Source of the DNA: an uncultured virus (IMG/VR IMGVR_UViG_3300022928_000007) | Taxonomy: Duplodnaviria; Heunggongvirae; Uroviricota; Caudoviricetes | DNA length: 64,000 nucleotides | Virus record (IMG/VR): IMGVR_UViG_3300022928_000007 | Reading direction: 5' to 3' (one strand) | Shown: piece after piece, positions 1 through 10,049 of the stretch | How positions within the stretch are numbered: the stretch's first letter is position 1 | Layout: every line of letters begins with the position of its first letter | Position numbers and translations under genes: made by a program | Notes under the pieces: generated by a model | Seen by the model: the letters and a program-made list of their open reading frames with translations, nothing else | Database searches by the model: none | What the model was told of the DNA's origin: nothing

Positions 1-651
1 ACATTTAGTGTAACAGGATTCACCACGGGTGGAACAGGTACGGATACCTTCTTAACGGGCGGTACTTACACTAACTCAACAGGTACTTTAACTCTTGAAA
101 GAAATGATTCAGGTACTATTGATATAACAGGATTTACGACAGGTACTACTGAGGACACATATGTGACAGGTGTAACGTATAATCAATTAACAAAAGAATT
201 AACTTTAGGTTTAAATGACGGAGTTGATTTTAATGCCACAGGTTTCGCCGCTGAAGTAACAGGTGGAACATATTCAGGAGGTTCTATCACATTGTTTAAA
301 AACGATGGGACAACTTCACAAATAACAGGACTAGAAATATTAACACATATAGGGTTAGTTAATGATACCAATGTATCAGTTAGTGGTACTACTATAGATA
401 CTGTTGATACTACAACATATAAAGGTGCTTTCTTTGACTATGTAATAAATGATGGTACTAATTACAGAGCGGGTACGGTACAATCTGTATGGTCAAGTAC
501 CGATATAGAATTTAATGACTCCTCAACAGTTGACATAGGAACAACTAATAATTTTTCATGGGGTATGGAATTAGATGGTAACAATGCGTTACTAAAAGCC
601 AATATTTTAGGGGGGACCTGGGATATTAGGATAATTAAACACATTATATAA
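1..651 (+). CDS. Tail fibre/adhesin-like protein, 5' truncated by window edge
   Basis: Frame is open from base 1 (TFSVTGFTTGGTGTDTFLTGGTY...). Gly/Thr-rich DT(F/Y)(L/V)TG repeats are shared with downstream paralogues. C-terminal domain FFDY..DGTNYRAGTV. Confidence 0.65.
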   Translation, partial: TFSVTGFTTGGTGTDTFLTGGTYTNSTGTLTLERNDSGTIDITGFTTGTTEDTYVTGVTYNQLTKELTLGLNDGVDFNATGFAAEVTGGTYSGGSITLFKNDGTTSQITGLEILTHIGLVNDTNVSVSGTTIDTVDTTTYKGAFFDYVINDGTNYRAGTVQSVWSSTDIEFNDSSTVDIGTTNNFSWGMELDGNNALLKANILGGTWDIRIIKHII

Positions 652-665
652 AAAAAACAAAAAAA

Positions 666-2105
666 ATGGCACACGAATTAGTAGCAAGAAATGGTTTAAG
701 AGTCTCAGGAAGTACATTCCTTGGTGACGTACAATTAGACCAAACATTATCAGCTACTGTTCTTGCGTTAGACCCGTCAAATAATGAAGTAAACTATTTA
801 TCACTAGCCTCTTTTAGTGGTGATACTTTCATTACAGGTGGAACACTAACAGGAACAGGTAGTAAAGACCTTGAATTAACAAATAATCAAGGAGGTTCAT
901 TCACAATTAGTGATGTGAATATTCACATTACAGGTGGAACATTAAACGGAGGATTAGGAGCGATTACATATACCGCTAATGATGCTTCAACATTTAACGT
1001 AGAAGTTGCGGCGGTAACAGGTCTGACTTATAACAATGATTGGGATATCGCTTTTGAGGGGTATGGAACATTAAGTACAAGTCCTGTTGAATTACCATTT
1101 ATTACAGGTGGTACATTTGCAGCTGGAACTCTTACATTAGGTATAAACGGAGGATTAGAATCAGACATTGAAGTAACAGGTTTCTCAGCTTTAGATACAT
1201 TTGTTACAGGTGGTACAATCAATTCACCAATAGATGGTACATTAAGACTTACATTAAACGATGGTAATAATGTAGACGTTACAGGTTTAGAATTTTTCAC
1301 TACAGGTGACTCAGGAGGTTCAACTTTCTATAATGGAAGTAGAATTAATTTTAGAGGAGGACCAGGTTTAAATGTTGTAGATGATGGTAGTTTAACTATC
1401 ACTACTTTTTTAGACCAAGCATATGTTTCAGGTGGTTCGATAACTAATAATAGTATAACTTTAAATACTTCAGTTGGTACTACAAATATAGGTACAATAT
1501 CTGCGGTAACAGGTGTAACTTACAGTAGTGCATGGGACGTAGCATTTGCAGGGTCAGGTACACTTGGTACAACTCCTGTAGCGTTACCATTTATCACAGG
1601 GGCAACATTAAATGCGGGTACACTTACTTTAGAAATTAATGATGGTTTAGAAACAGATATTGAAGTATCAGGTTTTGGCACATTAACAGGTGATACATTC
1701 GTGACGGGTGCAACTGTTGATTATCCACAGGCGACTTTAGAAAGAAATGATGGTAACACAGTTGTAATTGACTCAGAACAAACACTAAGAGTAACATCAT
1801 CAGGTGTTGGTACACAAGTCTTATTTACTATTGACCCATTACAGTATGGGGCGGTACATGTTGAATATTTCTTAACTGAAAAAGGTGGTGGAAACGGATA
1901 TCGTTCAGGTTTCTTTACTGCAGTATTTGGTAAAAGTCCTGAAAACGTTGATATTGTAGAGTTCGCTGACTGGTCAACTGTTGATTTAGGTACATTTAGT
2001 TCGGGAGTTGAGCTCGATGCATTAGCAACGGGTGAGATAAGAGTTATTGCGGGAGTTGCTCAAAATATGGATTGTATCGCAAATACAAGAGCGGTTAAAT
2101 TATAA
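666..2105 (+). CDS. Tail fibre/adhesin-like repeat protein
   Basis: 479 aa; repeated LPFITG(G/A)T..AGTLTL.IN.GLE.DI.V.GF and DTFVTG units; A-rich leader. Confidence 0.65.
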   Translation: MAHELVARNGLRVSGSTFLGDVQLDQTLSATVLALDPSNNEVNYLSLASFSGDTFITGGTLTGTGSKDLELTNNQGGSFTISDVNIHITGGTLNGGLGAITYTANDASTFNVEVAAVTGLTYNNDWDIAFEGYGTLSTSPVELPFITGGTFAAGTLTLGINGGLESDIEVTGFSALDTFVTGGTINSPIDGTLRLTLNDGNNVDVTGLEFFTTGDSGGSTFYNGSRINFRGGPGLNVVDDGSLTITTFLDQAYVSGGSITNNSITLNTSVGTTNIGTISAVTGVTYSSAWDVAFAGSGTLGTTPVALPFITGATLNAGTLTLEINDGLETDIEVSGFGTLTGDTFVTGATVDYPQATLERNDGNTVVIDSEQTLRVTSSGVGTQVLFTIDPLQYGAVHVEYFLTEKGGGNGYRSGFFTAVFGKSPENVDIVEFADWSTVDLGTFSSGVELDALATGEIRVIAGVAQNMDCIANTRAVKL

Positions 2106-2180
2106 TTAAAATAAAAGTTATAATAACCAATGTTATTACTTAGAATATCTATTTAATAATAAAGAATAATAATTAAAATT

Positions 2181-2210
2181 TTGAGGGGAGTCCCCCTTCC
2201 CTCAATAGCC
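2181..2210 (+). promoter_or_regulatory. 5'-UTR stem-loop followed by TAGCC
   Basis: ttgaggggag-tcccc-cttccctcaa stem, then tagcc and an A-tract before ATG 2229; no U-tract. Confidence 0.4.
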
Positions 2211-2228
2211 TTAAGAAAAAAAAATAAA

Positions 2229-2681
2229 ATGGCAAGAGAGTTTGTAACAAGACATGGTTTATCGGTAAGTGGAAAGACTTTTATATCTACAGTTGACTTA
2301 GATGTAAACGTTAATTCTATCTTGGTACTTGACGGTGCGGAAGTTAAGTATAGAGATGTTTCTACTTTACCTAATACCAATATATATACAGACGATGGTA
2401 CACTTGATAGTGACCGTATTGTCGACCAAGATACTCATCACTTAACATTTAGTGGTGGAACAGGGGTATCTATTGGTACAGGAACTACATCTCCTGTATG
2501 TGCCTTATTAGAATTAGCGAGTGAGAGTCAAGGACTTTTAATTCCAAGAATGACTCAATCACAGAGACTAAATATAACAAATCCTTTACCAGGTTTATTG
2601 GTGTATTGTACAGACAATACTTCAAACGCTAAAGAGGGTATGTTTATGTATAAATCTTTAGGTTGGGTCAGCGTACTATAA
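2229..2681 (+). CDS. Short fibre/surface protein paralogue
   Basis: Likely start ATG 2229 (MAREFVTRHGLSVSG, matching MAHELVARNGLRVSG of 666). C-terminal QG(L/F)L.PRMT..QR..I..P..GL.VY.TD module shared with 2734..4827. Confidence 0.65.
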   Translation: MAREFVTRHGLSVSGKTFISTVDLDVNVNSILVLDGAEVKYRDVSTLPNTNIYTDDGTLDSDRIVDQDTHHLTFSGGTGVSIGTGTTSPVCALLELASESQGLLIPRMTQSQRLNITNPLPGLLVYCTDNTSNAKEGMFMYKSLGWVSVL

Positions 2682-2733
2682 CAGCCTTACTAATTATAAT
2701 GAGGATAAAAAACCAATTTAAAAACAAAAAACA

Positions 2734-4827
2734 ATGGCAACAAATGGTTTAAATTTACAAACTTCAGGTTTAACGTTCGCAACGGGTACAGTAGATAGAA
2801 TGATTATCGACCCAGTGGGTCAATTTGGTTTCGGTACGATAGCACCGAGTACAGATTTTCACGTACTAGCGGCGGGAGTTAGATTTGAAGGGTTACCAGT
2901 GGTTGGCTCAACCAACTTTATGGTAATGGACGGCTCGGGAGTAGTTGGTACACGTAGTGATATCGCTGTTGGTACAGTGGTCACTGCGGTTACGGAAAAC
3001 GCTAACGTAGTCACAGTCGATGATAATCAGGGAGGTTCTTCCACATTTACAATCGACGCATTAACAAGTGTAGCTTATGATACTTCATGGGGTATTGCAC
3101 AATCAGGTACAGGTTCAGTATCAAATAACTTTGAGTTACCTTTTATTACTGGAGGTACTTACAACGCGGGTACAATTACTTTAGCGATAAACGGAGGATT
3201 AGAATCAGACATCACAATCACAGGTATTGATACTGATGATACGTTCGTAACGAGTGGAGCAATCAACTCACCAGCGGATGGTACATTAAGACTTACAAGA
3301 AATGACGGTGCTAACGTAGATATTACAGGATTCGAATGGTTTACTAATGGTGACGCAGGTACCTCAACAATGTATAACGGAGATAGACTTAATATTTTTG
3401 GTGGTACAGGTATTTCAACAGATGATGACGGAGCTTTAACTATGACAATTAATCTTGATGATACGGCAGTAACTGCAGGTTCTTACGGAGCAGCAGATAC
3501 AGTTGCAACATTTACAGTTGATGCACAAGGTAGATTAACTGCGGCGGCAGATGTAACAATTGATATCACTGCATCTCAAGTTTCTGATTTTACATCAGCA
3601 TCTGAAACGGCTATCTTTACGAATGCTAACTTCGTTAATTCAACGGGGGCTTCAGGTATTGATTTCTCAGTAACAGCAGGAGCATCAGTAACAGCATCTT
3701 TAGTTAACTCTTCAATTGGAGTTATTGGTACTGCGGGTAGTAATTCTGATATCTCTTTAGGTAGTGATTTAACAATTACATCTTCTGATGGTTCGATTGT
3801 AGCTACAGGTAATGGTTCAGGTTCTTTAGACTTGACAGTAGACTCATCGGCAAATCCTGATTCATACGTAACAGGTGCTACTTTAAGTTCAGGGACATTA
3901 ACATTAGAGTTAAATAACTCTAAACCCAATGTAACCGCTTCAGGATTTGGGGTTGTAGTTGCAGGTGATGATGATTCCTCAACTGTTAACTTAGGTGGTA
4001 CTGTCTCAGTATTAGGTACAGCACCAATCTCAACAGCACAAAACGCGGGAGCGATAACTGTAAGTCTTGATAATACGGCAGTAACTGCAGGTTCTTACGG
4101 AGCGGCAGATACAGTTGCAACATTTACAGTTGACGCACAAGGTAGATTAACTGCGGCGGCTGATGTATCAATTGATATCACTGCATCTCAAGTTTCTGAC
4201 TTTGATACTGAGGTATTATCTTCAGTATTTGAAGCGGCTAACTTCGTTGATTCATCAGAAATTGATTTCACAGTAACTGCAGGAGCATCAGTAACAGCTG
4301 ACCTAAAAGACGATTCTATTGCAAACGCAAGATTAGTTAATAAAGGATTGACATTCGCAGGAACTGCGGGAACTGATTCAGATTTAGAGTTAGGTGATAC
4401 ATTAACTTTCATATCTTCGGATAGTTCAGTTATCGCAACAGGTAATGGTGCAGGACAAATCGACCTTACAGTTGACGGTTCGGTAACATCTCAAAACATC
4501 TATAATATTGATGGTACTTTGACAGGTGCAAGAACAGTTACTCAATCTGGTAACCTCATGAGGTTTAATGGTGGTGATTTTGCAGCGGCTGGTGGAGAGT
4601 TCTATGTTGATAATGCTAATAATAATGTTGGTATCGGTAATACAACACCAGAAGTATCTGCAAAATTAGAAGTTAATTCAACTACTCAAGGTTTCTTATT
4701 CCCAAGAATGACATCAGCTCAAAGAATAGCAATTAATTCACCAGCAACAGGATTGATGGTTTATCAAACTGATAATAGAGAAGGTGTATACATCTATAAG
4801 TCATTTGGATGGGTACAAGTAATCTAA
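2734..4827 (+). CDS. Tail fibre-like protein
   Basis: 697 aa; VTAGSYG...FTVDAQGRLTAA repeats typical of phage fibres; C-terminal VGIGNTTP..STTQGFLFPRMT module. Confidence 0.7.
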   Translation: MATNGLNLQTSGLTFATGTVDRMIIDPVGQFGFGTIAPSTDFHVLAAGVRFEGLPVVGSTNFMVMDGSGVVGTRSDIAVGTVVTAVTENANVVTVDDNQGGSSTFTIDALTSVAYDTSWGIAQSGTGSVSNNFELPFITGGTYNAGTITLAINGGLESDITITGIDTDDTFVTSGAINSPADGTLRLTRNDGANVDITGFEWFTNGDAGTSTMYNGDRLNIFGGTGISTDDDGALTMTINLDDTAVTAGSYGAADTVATFTVDAQGRLTAAADVTIDITASQVSDFTSASETAIFTNANFVNSTGASGIDFSVTAGASVTASLVNSSIGVIGTAGSNSDISLGSDLTITSSDGSIVATGNGSGSLDLTVDSSANPDSYVTGATLSSGTLTLELNNSKPNVTASGFGVVVAGDDDSSTVNLGGTVSVLGTAPISTAQNAGAITVSLDNTAVTAGSYGAADTVATFTVDAQGRLTAAADVSIDITASQVSDFDTEVLSSVFEAANFVDSSEIDFTVTAGASVTADLKDDSIANARLVNKGLTFAGTAGTDSDLELGDTLTFISSDSSVIATGNGAGQIDLTVDGSVTSQNIYNIDGTLTGARTVTQSGNLMRFNGGDFAAAGGEFYVDNANNNVGIGNTTPEVSAKLEVNSTTQGFLFPRMTSAQRIAINSPATGLMVYQTDNREGVYIYKSFGWVQVI
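3454..4203 (+). repeat. Intragenic near-identical duplication (~138 bp at 3454-3591 and 4066-4203)
   Basis: Both copies encode TAVTAGSYGAADTVATFTVDAQGRLTAAADV(T/S)IDITASQVSDF with few nucleotide differences. Confidence 0.9.
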
Positions 4828-4892
4828 TAAATGGGATTATTAATTTTAAGATAAATTGTATTGAAACTATTTATCATTAAACTATAATTAAC

Positions 4893-4920
4893 GGGAGAGA
4901 TTAATTTCTCTCCCATAGCC
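4893..4920 (+). promoter_or_regulatory. 5'-UTR stem-loop followed by TAGCC
   Basis: gggagaga-ttaatt-tctctccc, then atagcc and an A-tract before ATG 4939; same layout as 2181-2210. Confidence 0.4.
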
Positions 4921-4938
4921 AAAACAAAAAAAAATAAC

Positions 4939-6012
4939 ATGGCCGACAACGGATTATATTATGACAGTACATTAGGATTAGAGTTATCCTCAGGAGGTTC
5001 GGAGAGAATACAAATCACTCCGAGTGGAGATATAACTTTCCTTGAGGAATATACTTTCCCTGATGCTGACGGTGGTACTAATGAAGTTATGATAACCGAT
5101 GGATTAGGAAACATAACTTTTGATAGAGTTCCAAATGACGGTTTAGTTAACTCTAGCTTTAGTGTTACTGCGGGTGTCGGTTTATCAACATCAACAGCAA
5201 CTGTATCATTAGGAGGTACTTTAAATTTGTCTGTTGACTTAGATGAGTTAACCACTACCTCCACTGCGGGTAATGCTGATTTCTTCCCAATTGTAAACTC
5301 TTCGGGTTCACAATTTAAAATTGCGCCAGGAAATATTAATATTTCTACCTTTAATAATGATTCAGGATTTATTACTAAATCTATATATAATACCGATAGT
5401 AATTTACTTGCAAATAGAACTGTAAGTCAAAACCTAAAGAACTTATTCTTTCGTTCAAGTTCAGATGAAAGATTAGACATTTATATTGATAATAATAATC
5501 CAATTGACGTTCCAAGACTTAGAGTACAGGGTAATGAAAATTATAGTGAAGTCCTTGCGTTAAGAACAACAGATGCATCAACATATTTAGTAAAAGGATA
5601 TGACCCCGCAGGTAAGATAGCATTTAGTGTAAGAGCAGATGGAGCATTATTTGCGACATCTAAATCATTCTTAATACCTCATCCATCTAAAGAAGGTCAT
5701 AATTTAAGATATGGTTCATTAGAGGGACCTGAACACGGTGTATATGTCAGAGGTAAATTAGAAGGGGGTAAAGTAATTGAATTACCTGACTATTGGTTAG
5801 ATTTAGTTGATGAAAGTACAATAACGGTACAATTAACACCAATAGGGTCACATCAAAATCTATATGTAAAAGATATCATCGACAACACAGTGGTTGTTGG
5901 TAATTCTAATATTCTTAGTTCTAAAATTAAGTGTTTTTACTTTATACAGGCTGAAAGAAAAGATATTGATAAGATGACAGTAGAATATCCACAAGGAACT
6001 AATCCCGTCTAA
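4939..6012 (+). CDS. Tail fibre-associated protein
   Basis: C-terminal KSFLIPHP...LRYGSLEGPEHGVYVRG..IELPDYW..LVD..TITVQLTPIG...AERKD domain, commonly seen at the end of phage fibre proteins. Confidence 0.65.
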   Translation: MADNGLYYDSTLGLELSSGGSERIQITPSGDITFLEEYTFPDADGGTNEVMITDGLGNITFDRVPNDGLVNSSFSVTAGVGLSTSTATVSLGGTLNLSVDLDELTTTSTAGNADFFPIVNSSGSQFKIAPGNINISTFNNDSGFITKSIYNTDSNLLANRTVSQNLKNLFFRSSSDERLDIYIDNNNPIDVPRLRVQGNENYSEVLALRTTDASTYLVKGYDPAGKIAFSVRADGALFATSKSFLIPHPSKEGHNLRYGSLEGPEHGVYVRGKLEGGKVIELPDYWLDLVDESTITVQLTPIGSHQNLYVKDIIDNTVVVGNSNILSSKIKCFYFIQAERKDIDKMTVEYPQGTNPV

Positions 6013-6039
6013 AGATAAAGACTATTAGAATTAAAAAAC

Positions 6040-6062
6040 AGAGGAGTTAATCCTCTTTTTTT
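6040..6062 (+). terminator. Intrinsic terminator
   Basis: agagga-gttaa-tcctct followed by a T run, after the fibre cluster. Confidence 0.6.
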
Positions 6063-6214
6063 ATGCTTTTGTAAATCTCTAATAATCTAAGACTTTCTTC
6101 TAGTTTGGATTCTAAAATCTCCAACTCTTTTGGGTCATTAGTTTCTGAGGTAGCTTTGTAATAATTATTTTCAGCTTCCTTTACTAATCGTGTTATTGTT
6201 CTTAATAGTTTCAT
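6047..6214 (-). CDS. Small hypothetical protein (55 aa), not in ORF track
   Basis: MKLLRTITRLVKEAENNYYKATSETNDPKELEILESKLEESLRLLEIYKSIKKED*; TATTTATA motif just upstream on the minus strand (6221-6228). Confidence 0.6.
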   Translation of the reverse strand: MKLLRTITRLVKEAENNYYKATSETNDPKELEILESKLEESLRLLEIYKSIKKED

Positions 6215-6322
6215 CTTAATTATAAATATCTGAAAATGGTGTTTAGTTCTTTACTATTCATTATTTTGTATGATTTTTTAATATGAGAATAAAAATATAA
6301 ACTTTTAAAGAAATTAAGAATA

Positions 6323-7591
6323 ATGGCGCGTAAACCACAAACAATTTTTGTACAAATAGCCTCTTATCGAGACCCTGAGTTAGTAAATACTATTGAAAAT
6401 ATGATAGAGAATGCTAAGAGACCTCAGAACTTAGTATTAGGTATTTGTCGTCAATACCACCCTGAAGATGGGTTTGACAACTTAGATAAATACAGAGATG
6501 ACGAGAGATTCCGTATTAGTGATGTATTATATACTGAAGCTAAAGGGGTATGTTGGGCTCGTAATCAAGTTCAACAATTATATGGAGGGGAGATGTACAC
6601 CCTTCAAATCGATTCACATATGAGATTTGCACCTAATTGGGATGATGAATTAATAAAAATGGTTAAACAACTACAAGGGATGGGTATTCCAAAACCTTTA
6701 TTAACTGGTTATGTATCATCCTTTGACCCTGATAATGACCCTGAAGGTCGTGTACAAGAACCATGGAGAATGGTTTTTGATAGGTTTATACCTGAAGGGG
6801 CAGTATTCTTTTTACCTGAAACTATACCTAATTGGAAAGATTTAGATACACCTGTTCCTGCAAGATTCTATTCTGCACATATGTGTTTTACATTGGGAGA
6901 GTTTTCGGAAGAAGTACAACACAATCCTGAGTATTATTTTCACGGGGAAGAAATTTCAATTGCGGTTAGAGCGTTTACTTGGGGATATGACTTATTTCAC
7001 CCACATAAAACTTTAATATGGCACGAATATACTCGCAAGGGTAGAACAAAACAGTGGGATGACGATAGTACGTGGGGAGAAAAAAATAGTCATTCACACT
7101 TAACTAATAGAAAGTTATTTGGTATGGATGGAGAAGAACAAGAAGGTCATGAAGGTATATATGGTTTTGGTACTGAAAGAACTCTAAGACAATATGAAGA
7201 ATATGCGGGATTATTATTCTCTAAAAGAGCAATCCAACAACACACTATCGATAAACAATACCCACCTAATCCAGGTATTGAGGAATTTGGTAATGAAGAA
7301 GAGTGGTTAAATAGTTTCTCTTCAATATTTAAACATTGTATAGATGTTGGTTTTGACAAAGTCCCTGAGAAAGATTATGAATATTGGGTAGTGGCATTCC
7401 ATGGACAAGATGATAAGACATTGTTTAGAAAAGACGCAGATAAAAATGAAATAAATAGAATGTTAAATGACCCAGCTGGATACTGTAAGGTATGGAGAGA
7501 ATTTCCAACTGCTGAGAAACCTAAATATTGGGTTGTTTGGCCATACTCAACATCTAAAGGATGGTGTGACAGAATAACGGGTAATTTATAA
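6323..7591 (+). CDS. GT60-like polypeptide/hydroxyproline alpha-GlcNAc transferase (Gnt1/Gnt2-like)
   Basis: TIFVQIASYRDPEL, AKGVCWAR, LQIDSHMRF (DxH motif), FHGEEISIAVRAFTWGYDLFHP and WHEY match GT60 hallmarks. Confidence 0.85.
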   Translation: MARKPQTIFVQIASYRDPELVNTIENMIENAKRPQNLVLGICRQYHPEDGFDNLDKYRDDERFRISDVLYTEAKGVCWARNQVQQLYGGEMYTLQIDSHMRFAPNWDDELIKMVKQLQGMGIPKPLLTGYVSSFDPDNDPEGRVQEPWRMVFDRFIPEGAVFFLPETIPNWKDLDTPVPARFYSAHMCFTLGEFSEEVQHNPEYYFHGEEISIAVRAFTWGYDLFHPHKTLIWHEYTRKGRTKQWDDDSTWGEKNSHSHLTNRKLFGMDGEEQEGHEGIYGFGTERTLRQYEEYAGLLFSKRAIQQHTIDKQYPPNPGIEEFGNEEEWLNSFSSIFKHCIDVGFDKVPEKDYEYWVVAFHGQDDKTLFRKDADKNEINRMLNDPAGYCKVWREFPTAEKPKYWVVWPYSTSKGWCDRITGNL

Positions 7592-7599
7592 TAAGTAGT

Positions 7600-9171
7600 A
7601 TGGCAAATATATCATTTTATGGTTCACATAATGCTACTGTAGCTGTAGAAAAAGACGGAAAAGTAATAACGGTAATCGAAGTTGAAAGGTTTTTAACTAT
7701 GAAAAATGCTGGATACGCTCAGTATCTAATATCATATACTAGACCCTATTTACTAAAACATATTTTAAAATATATTGAAGACGAATACGGAATTTCAGAA
7801 TATGAAAATTGTTATTACTTAAATACAGATACTTTGGAAAATGGTACCAAAGTACATTATGAAAAATTAATACCCGCTAAACATTACCATAACTCACTAC
7901 ACCATTTAAGTCACGCCGCTTGTGGTCTTTATCAAACTGATTATAACGAAGCGTTGATTATTTCATTTGATGGAGGAGGTAATGATGGTTTTTTTAATGT
8001 GTATTTGGCTAAAGATAGAAATAATATTGAGTTATTGGATAAGTATAACTTAGATTTAGGTTTTCCTTATATGTCATTTGGTGATTATTTAGGTGACATA
8101 CGTAAAGAACCTGCACTTAATATTGGTAATTTGGTTTATGCGGGTAAAATAATGGGATTATGTTCTTATGGTAATGTAAATGAGGAGTGGTTACCTCATT
8201 TTGAAAATTATTATAGAAAAAAACCTGATGGTTTAAATTATAAAGATTATTTAAAAGATTTAAGTAAAGAAACGGGATTAGTCTTTGACATTAGTAATAG
8301 GATAACAGGTCAAACCGCTTGGGATTTAAGTAAAACCTCTCAAATTGCATTTGAGAATGTCTTTATGGAAATGGCACAACCTTTCTTAGACAAATATCCT
8401 AATTTACCGTTAATAACCGTAGGAGGATGCGCATTAAATATATTACTTAATACAAAATTAGAGAAAACATTAGACAGAGATGTTTTTGTACCACCAAATC
8501 CAAACGACTGCGGAATTGCTGCGGGTATGATATTAAATCATATTAAACCTAAAACTGCGATTGATTTAACATATGCAGGAACCGAAGTTTTAGATAAACA
8601 TACACTTATGTCTCATGTAGAAGAAAGAAGAGCTAAAGAATTGGATATAAAAACTTTGTCTCAAGACTTATCTGACGGAAGAATAGTTGGTGTTGTTAGA
8701 GGTACATCTGAACATGGACCAAGAGCTTTAGGTAATCGTAGTATTATTTGTAACCCTGCGTATCCTGATATGAAAGATATTTTAAATGCTAAAGTTAAAA
8801 ATAGAGAATGGTACAGACCATTCGCACCAGTTTGTAGACTTGAAGACGTTGAAAAATACTTCAACTTTTCAGGTGAAAGTAAGTGGATGAGTTTCTGTCC
8901 TACAGTTAAAGAAGAATGGAGAGAAAAACTAACTTCAATTACACACGTAGACGGTACCGCTAGAGTACAAACAGTAACTTATGAACAGAATCCTTGGTTA
9001 TATAATTTAATTGGAGAGTTTGAAAAAATATCAGGTATTGGAGTTCTGTTAAATACTTCTTTTAATGTAAACGGTAAACCTATATTAAGTAGATATACAG
9101 ACGCGTTACAAGTCTATGATAAAACTAAAATGGACGGTTTAGTCCTATCAGATTATTATTTTAAAAAATGA
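7600..9171 (+). CDS. O-carbamoyltransferase, NodU/CmcH family
   Basis: EVERF, HHLSHAA, DGGG, GKIMGL, GGCALN, PNDCG, EHGPRALGNRSI, KNREWYRPFAP, HVDGTARVQTV, LLNTSFN. Confidence 0.92.
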   Translation: MANISFYGSHNATVAVEKDGKVITVIEVERFLTMKNAGYAQYLISYTRPYLLKHILKYIEDEYGISEYENCYYLNTDTLENGTKVHYEKLIPAKHYHNSLHHLSHAACGLYQTDYNEALIISFDGGGNDGFFNVYLAKDRNNIELLDKYNLDLGFPYMSFGDYLGDIRKEPALNIGNLVYAGKIMGLCSYGNVNEEWLPHFENYYRKKPDGLNYKDYLKDLSKETGLVFDISNRITGQTAWDLSKTSQIAFENVFMEMAQPFLDKYPNLPLITVGGCALNILLNTKLEKTLDRDVFVPPNPNDCGIAAGMILNHIKPKTAIDLTYAGTEVLDKHTLMSHVEERRAKELDIKTLSQDLSDGRIVGVVRGTSEHGPRALGNRSIICNPAYPDMKDILNAKVKNREWYRPFAPVCRLEDVEKYFNFSGESKWMSFCPTVKEEWREKLTSITHVDGTARVQTVTYEQNPWLYNLIGEFEKISGIGVLLNTSFNVNGKPILSRYTDALQVYDKTKMDGLVLSDYYFKK

Positions 9172-10049
9172 AAACAAAGATAGTTACATTTTTATATTTT
9201 GGTATAAATGATTTTCCTTTTTATGGTCATAAAGTACAGGCCAGATGGCATAGGTACCAACACTCACTAGTACAGCTTTCAAAAATGAATATACCTATCG
9301 TATGTTATTGTGGAGGTAACATATATGACGAGTTAAATAAACATTTAATAAACAACGATGTAAAAAACGTTGAATTAAAAGTTAGAGAATTAGAAGATAT
9401 TAGACATAGTAAGGATATGATAAAAATAAAAGAAAAATATCCCGAAAAATTTAAATTTTATTTAGAGGTTGGATGGGCTAAAATTACTCTGATGGAAGAA
9501 GAAATGGAAGAAGATTTAGATTACCTATATTGGGTTGATGTAGGGTTATCTCATGTTGGATTATATCCTCATAGATATAATACTAATCCTGAATTGATAA
9601 CAGGAACTTCAACAAATAAGTATAGATATACTTTTGGTCACATTTTTAATCCTGATACATTTAATAAAATTAATAAATGGGTTGGAGAAAAATTGATTAA
9701 CCTAACTAACACGCAGTTTTTTCATTCTACTTCTGACCTTAACACTACTTTAGAAAAAAATCATAAATATAAATCATTAACTGTTGGAGGAATAATTGGA
9801 GGTCATGTTAGTAAATTAAATAGTTTTTTTAAAAGATTTGAAGATTATACACAGGTTTGTTTGAATAAAGAGTTTTTACTAAATCATGAAGCAATGATGT
9901 CTACAATGTCATACGATAAACCCGAAGATTACCAAACTTTTATATTTGATACATGGTATCACGAAGACACACCTGACCCAGGAGTTGATGAAAATTTCTT
10001 AAAAGGAAAAATAAGTTTTTACACTTTTTTTGAAAAAATAAAAAAATGA
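9168..10049 (+). CDS. HtrL/YibB(WlaTC)-like putative glycosyltransferase
   Basis: KIVT..Y, WAK, YLYWVDVG, GGIIGG, NHE.MM pattern; paralogous to the middle domain of 10573..12945. Confidence 0.6.
   Translation: MKTKIVTFLYFGINDFPFYGHKVQARWHRYQHSLVQLSKMNIPIVCYCGGNIYDELNKHLINNDVKNVELKVRELEDIRHSKDMIKIKEKYPEKFKFYLEVGWAKITLMEEEMEEDLDYLYWVDVGLSHVGLYPHRYNTNPELITGTSTNKYRYTFGHIFNPDTFNKINKWVGEKLINLTNTQFFHSTSDLNTTLEKNHKYKSLTVGGIIGGHVSKLNSFFKRFEDYTQVCLNKEFLLNHEAMMSTMSYDKPEDYQTFIFDTWYHEDTPDPGVDENFLKGKISFYTFFEKIKK

Noticed and set aside
2181..2228. ORF-track N-terminal extension from a TTG start (likewise 10543, 28128, 40483, 43539, 43688)
   Set aside because: Downstream ATGs with A-rich leaders, stop/start coupling or paralogue alignment fit better.
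3454..4203. Diversity-generating retroelement TR/VR pair
   Set aside because: Both copies are in-frame in one gene, differences are few and not confined to adenines, and no reverse transcriptase is in the window.
4893..4914. Rho-independent terminator
   Set aside because: No U-tract directly after the stem on the + strand; treated as a leader hairpin.
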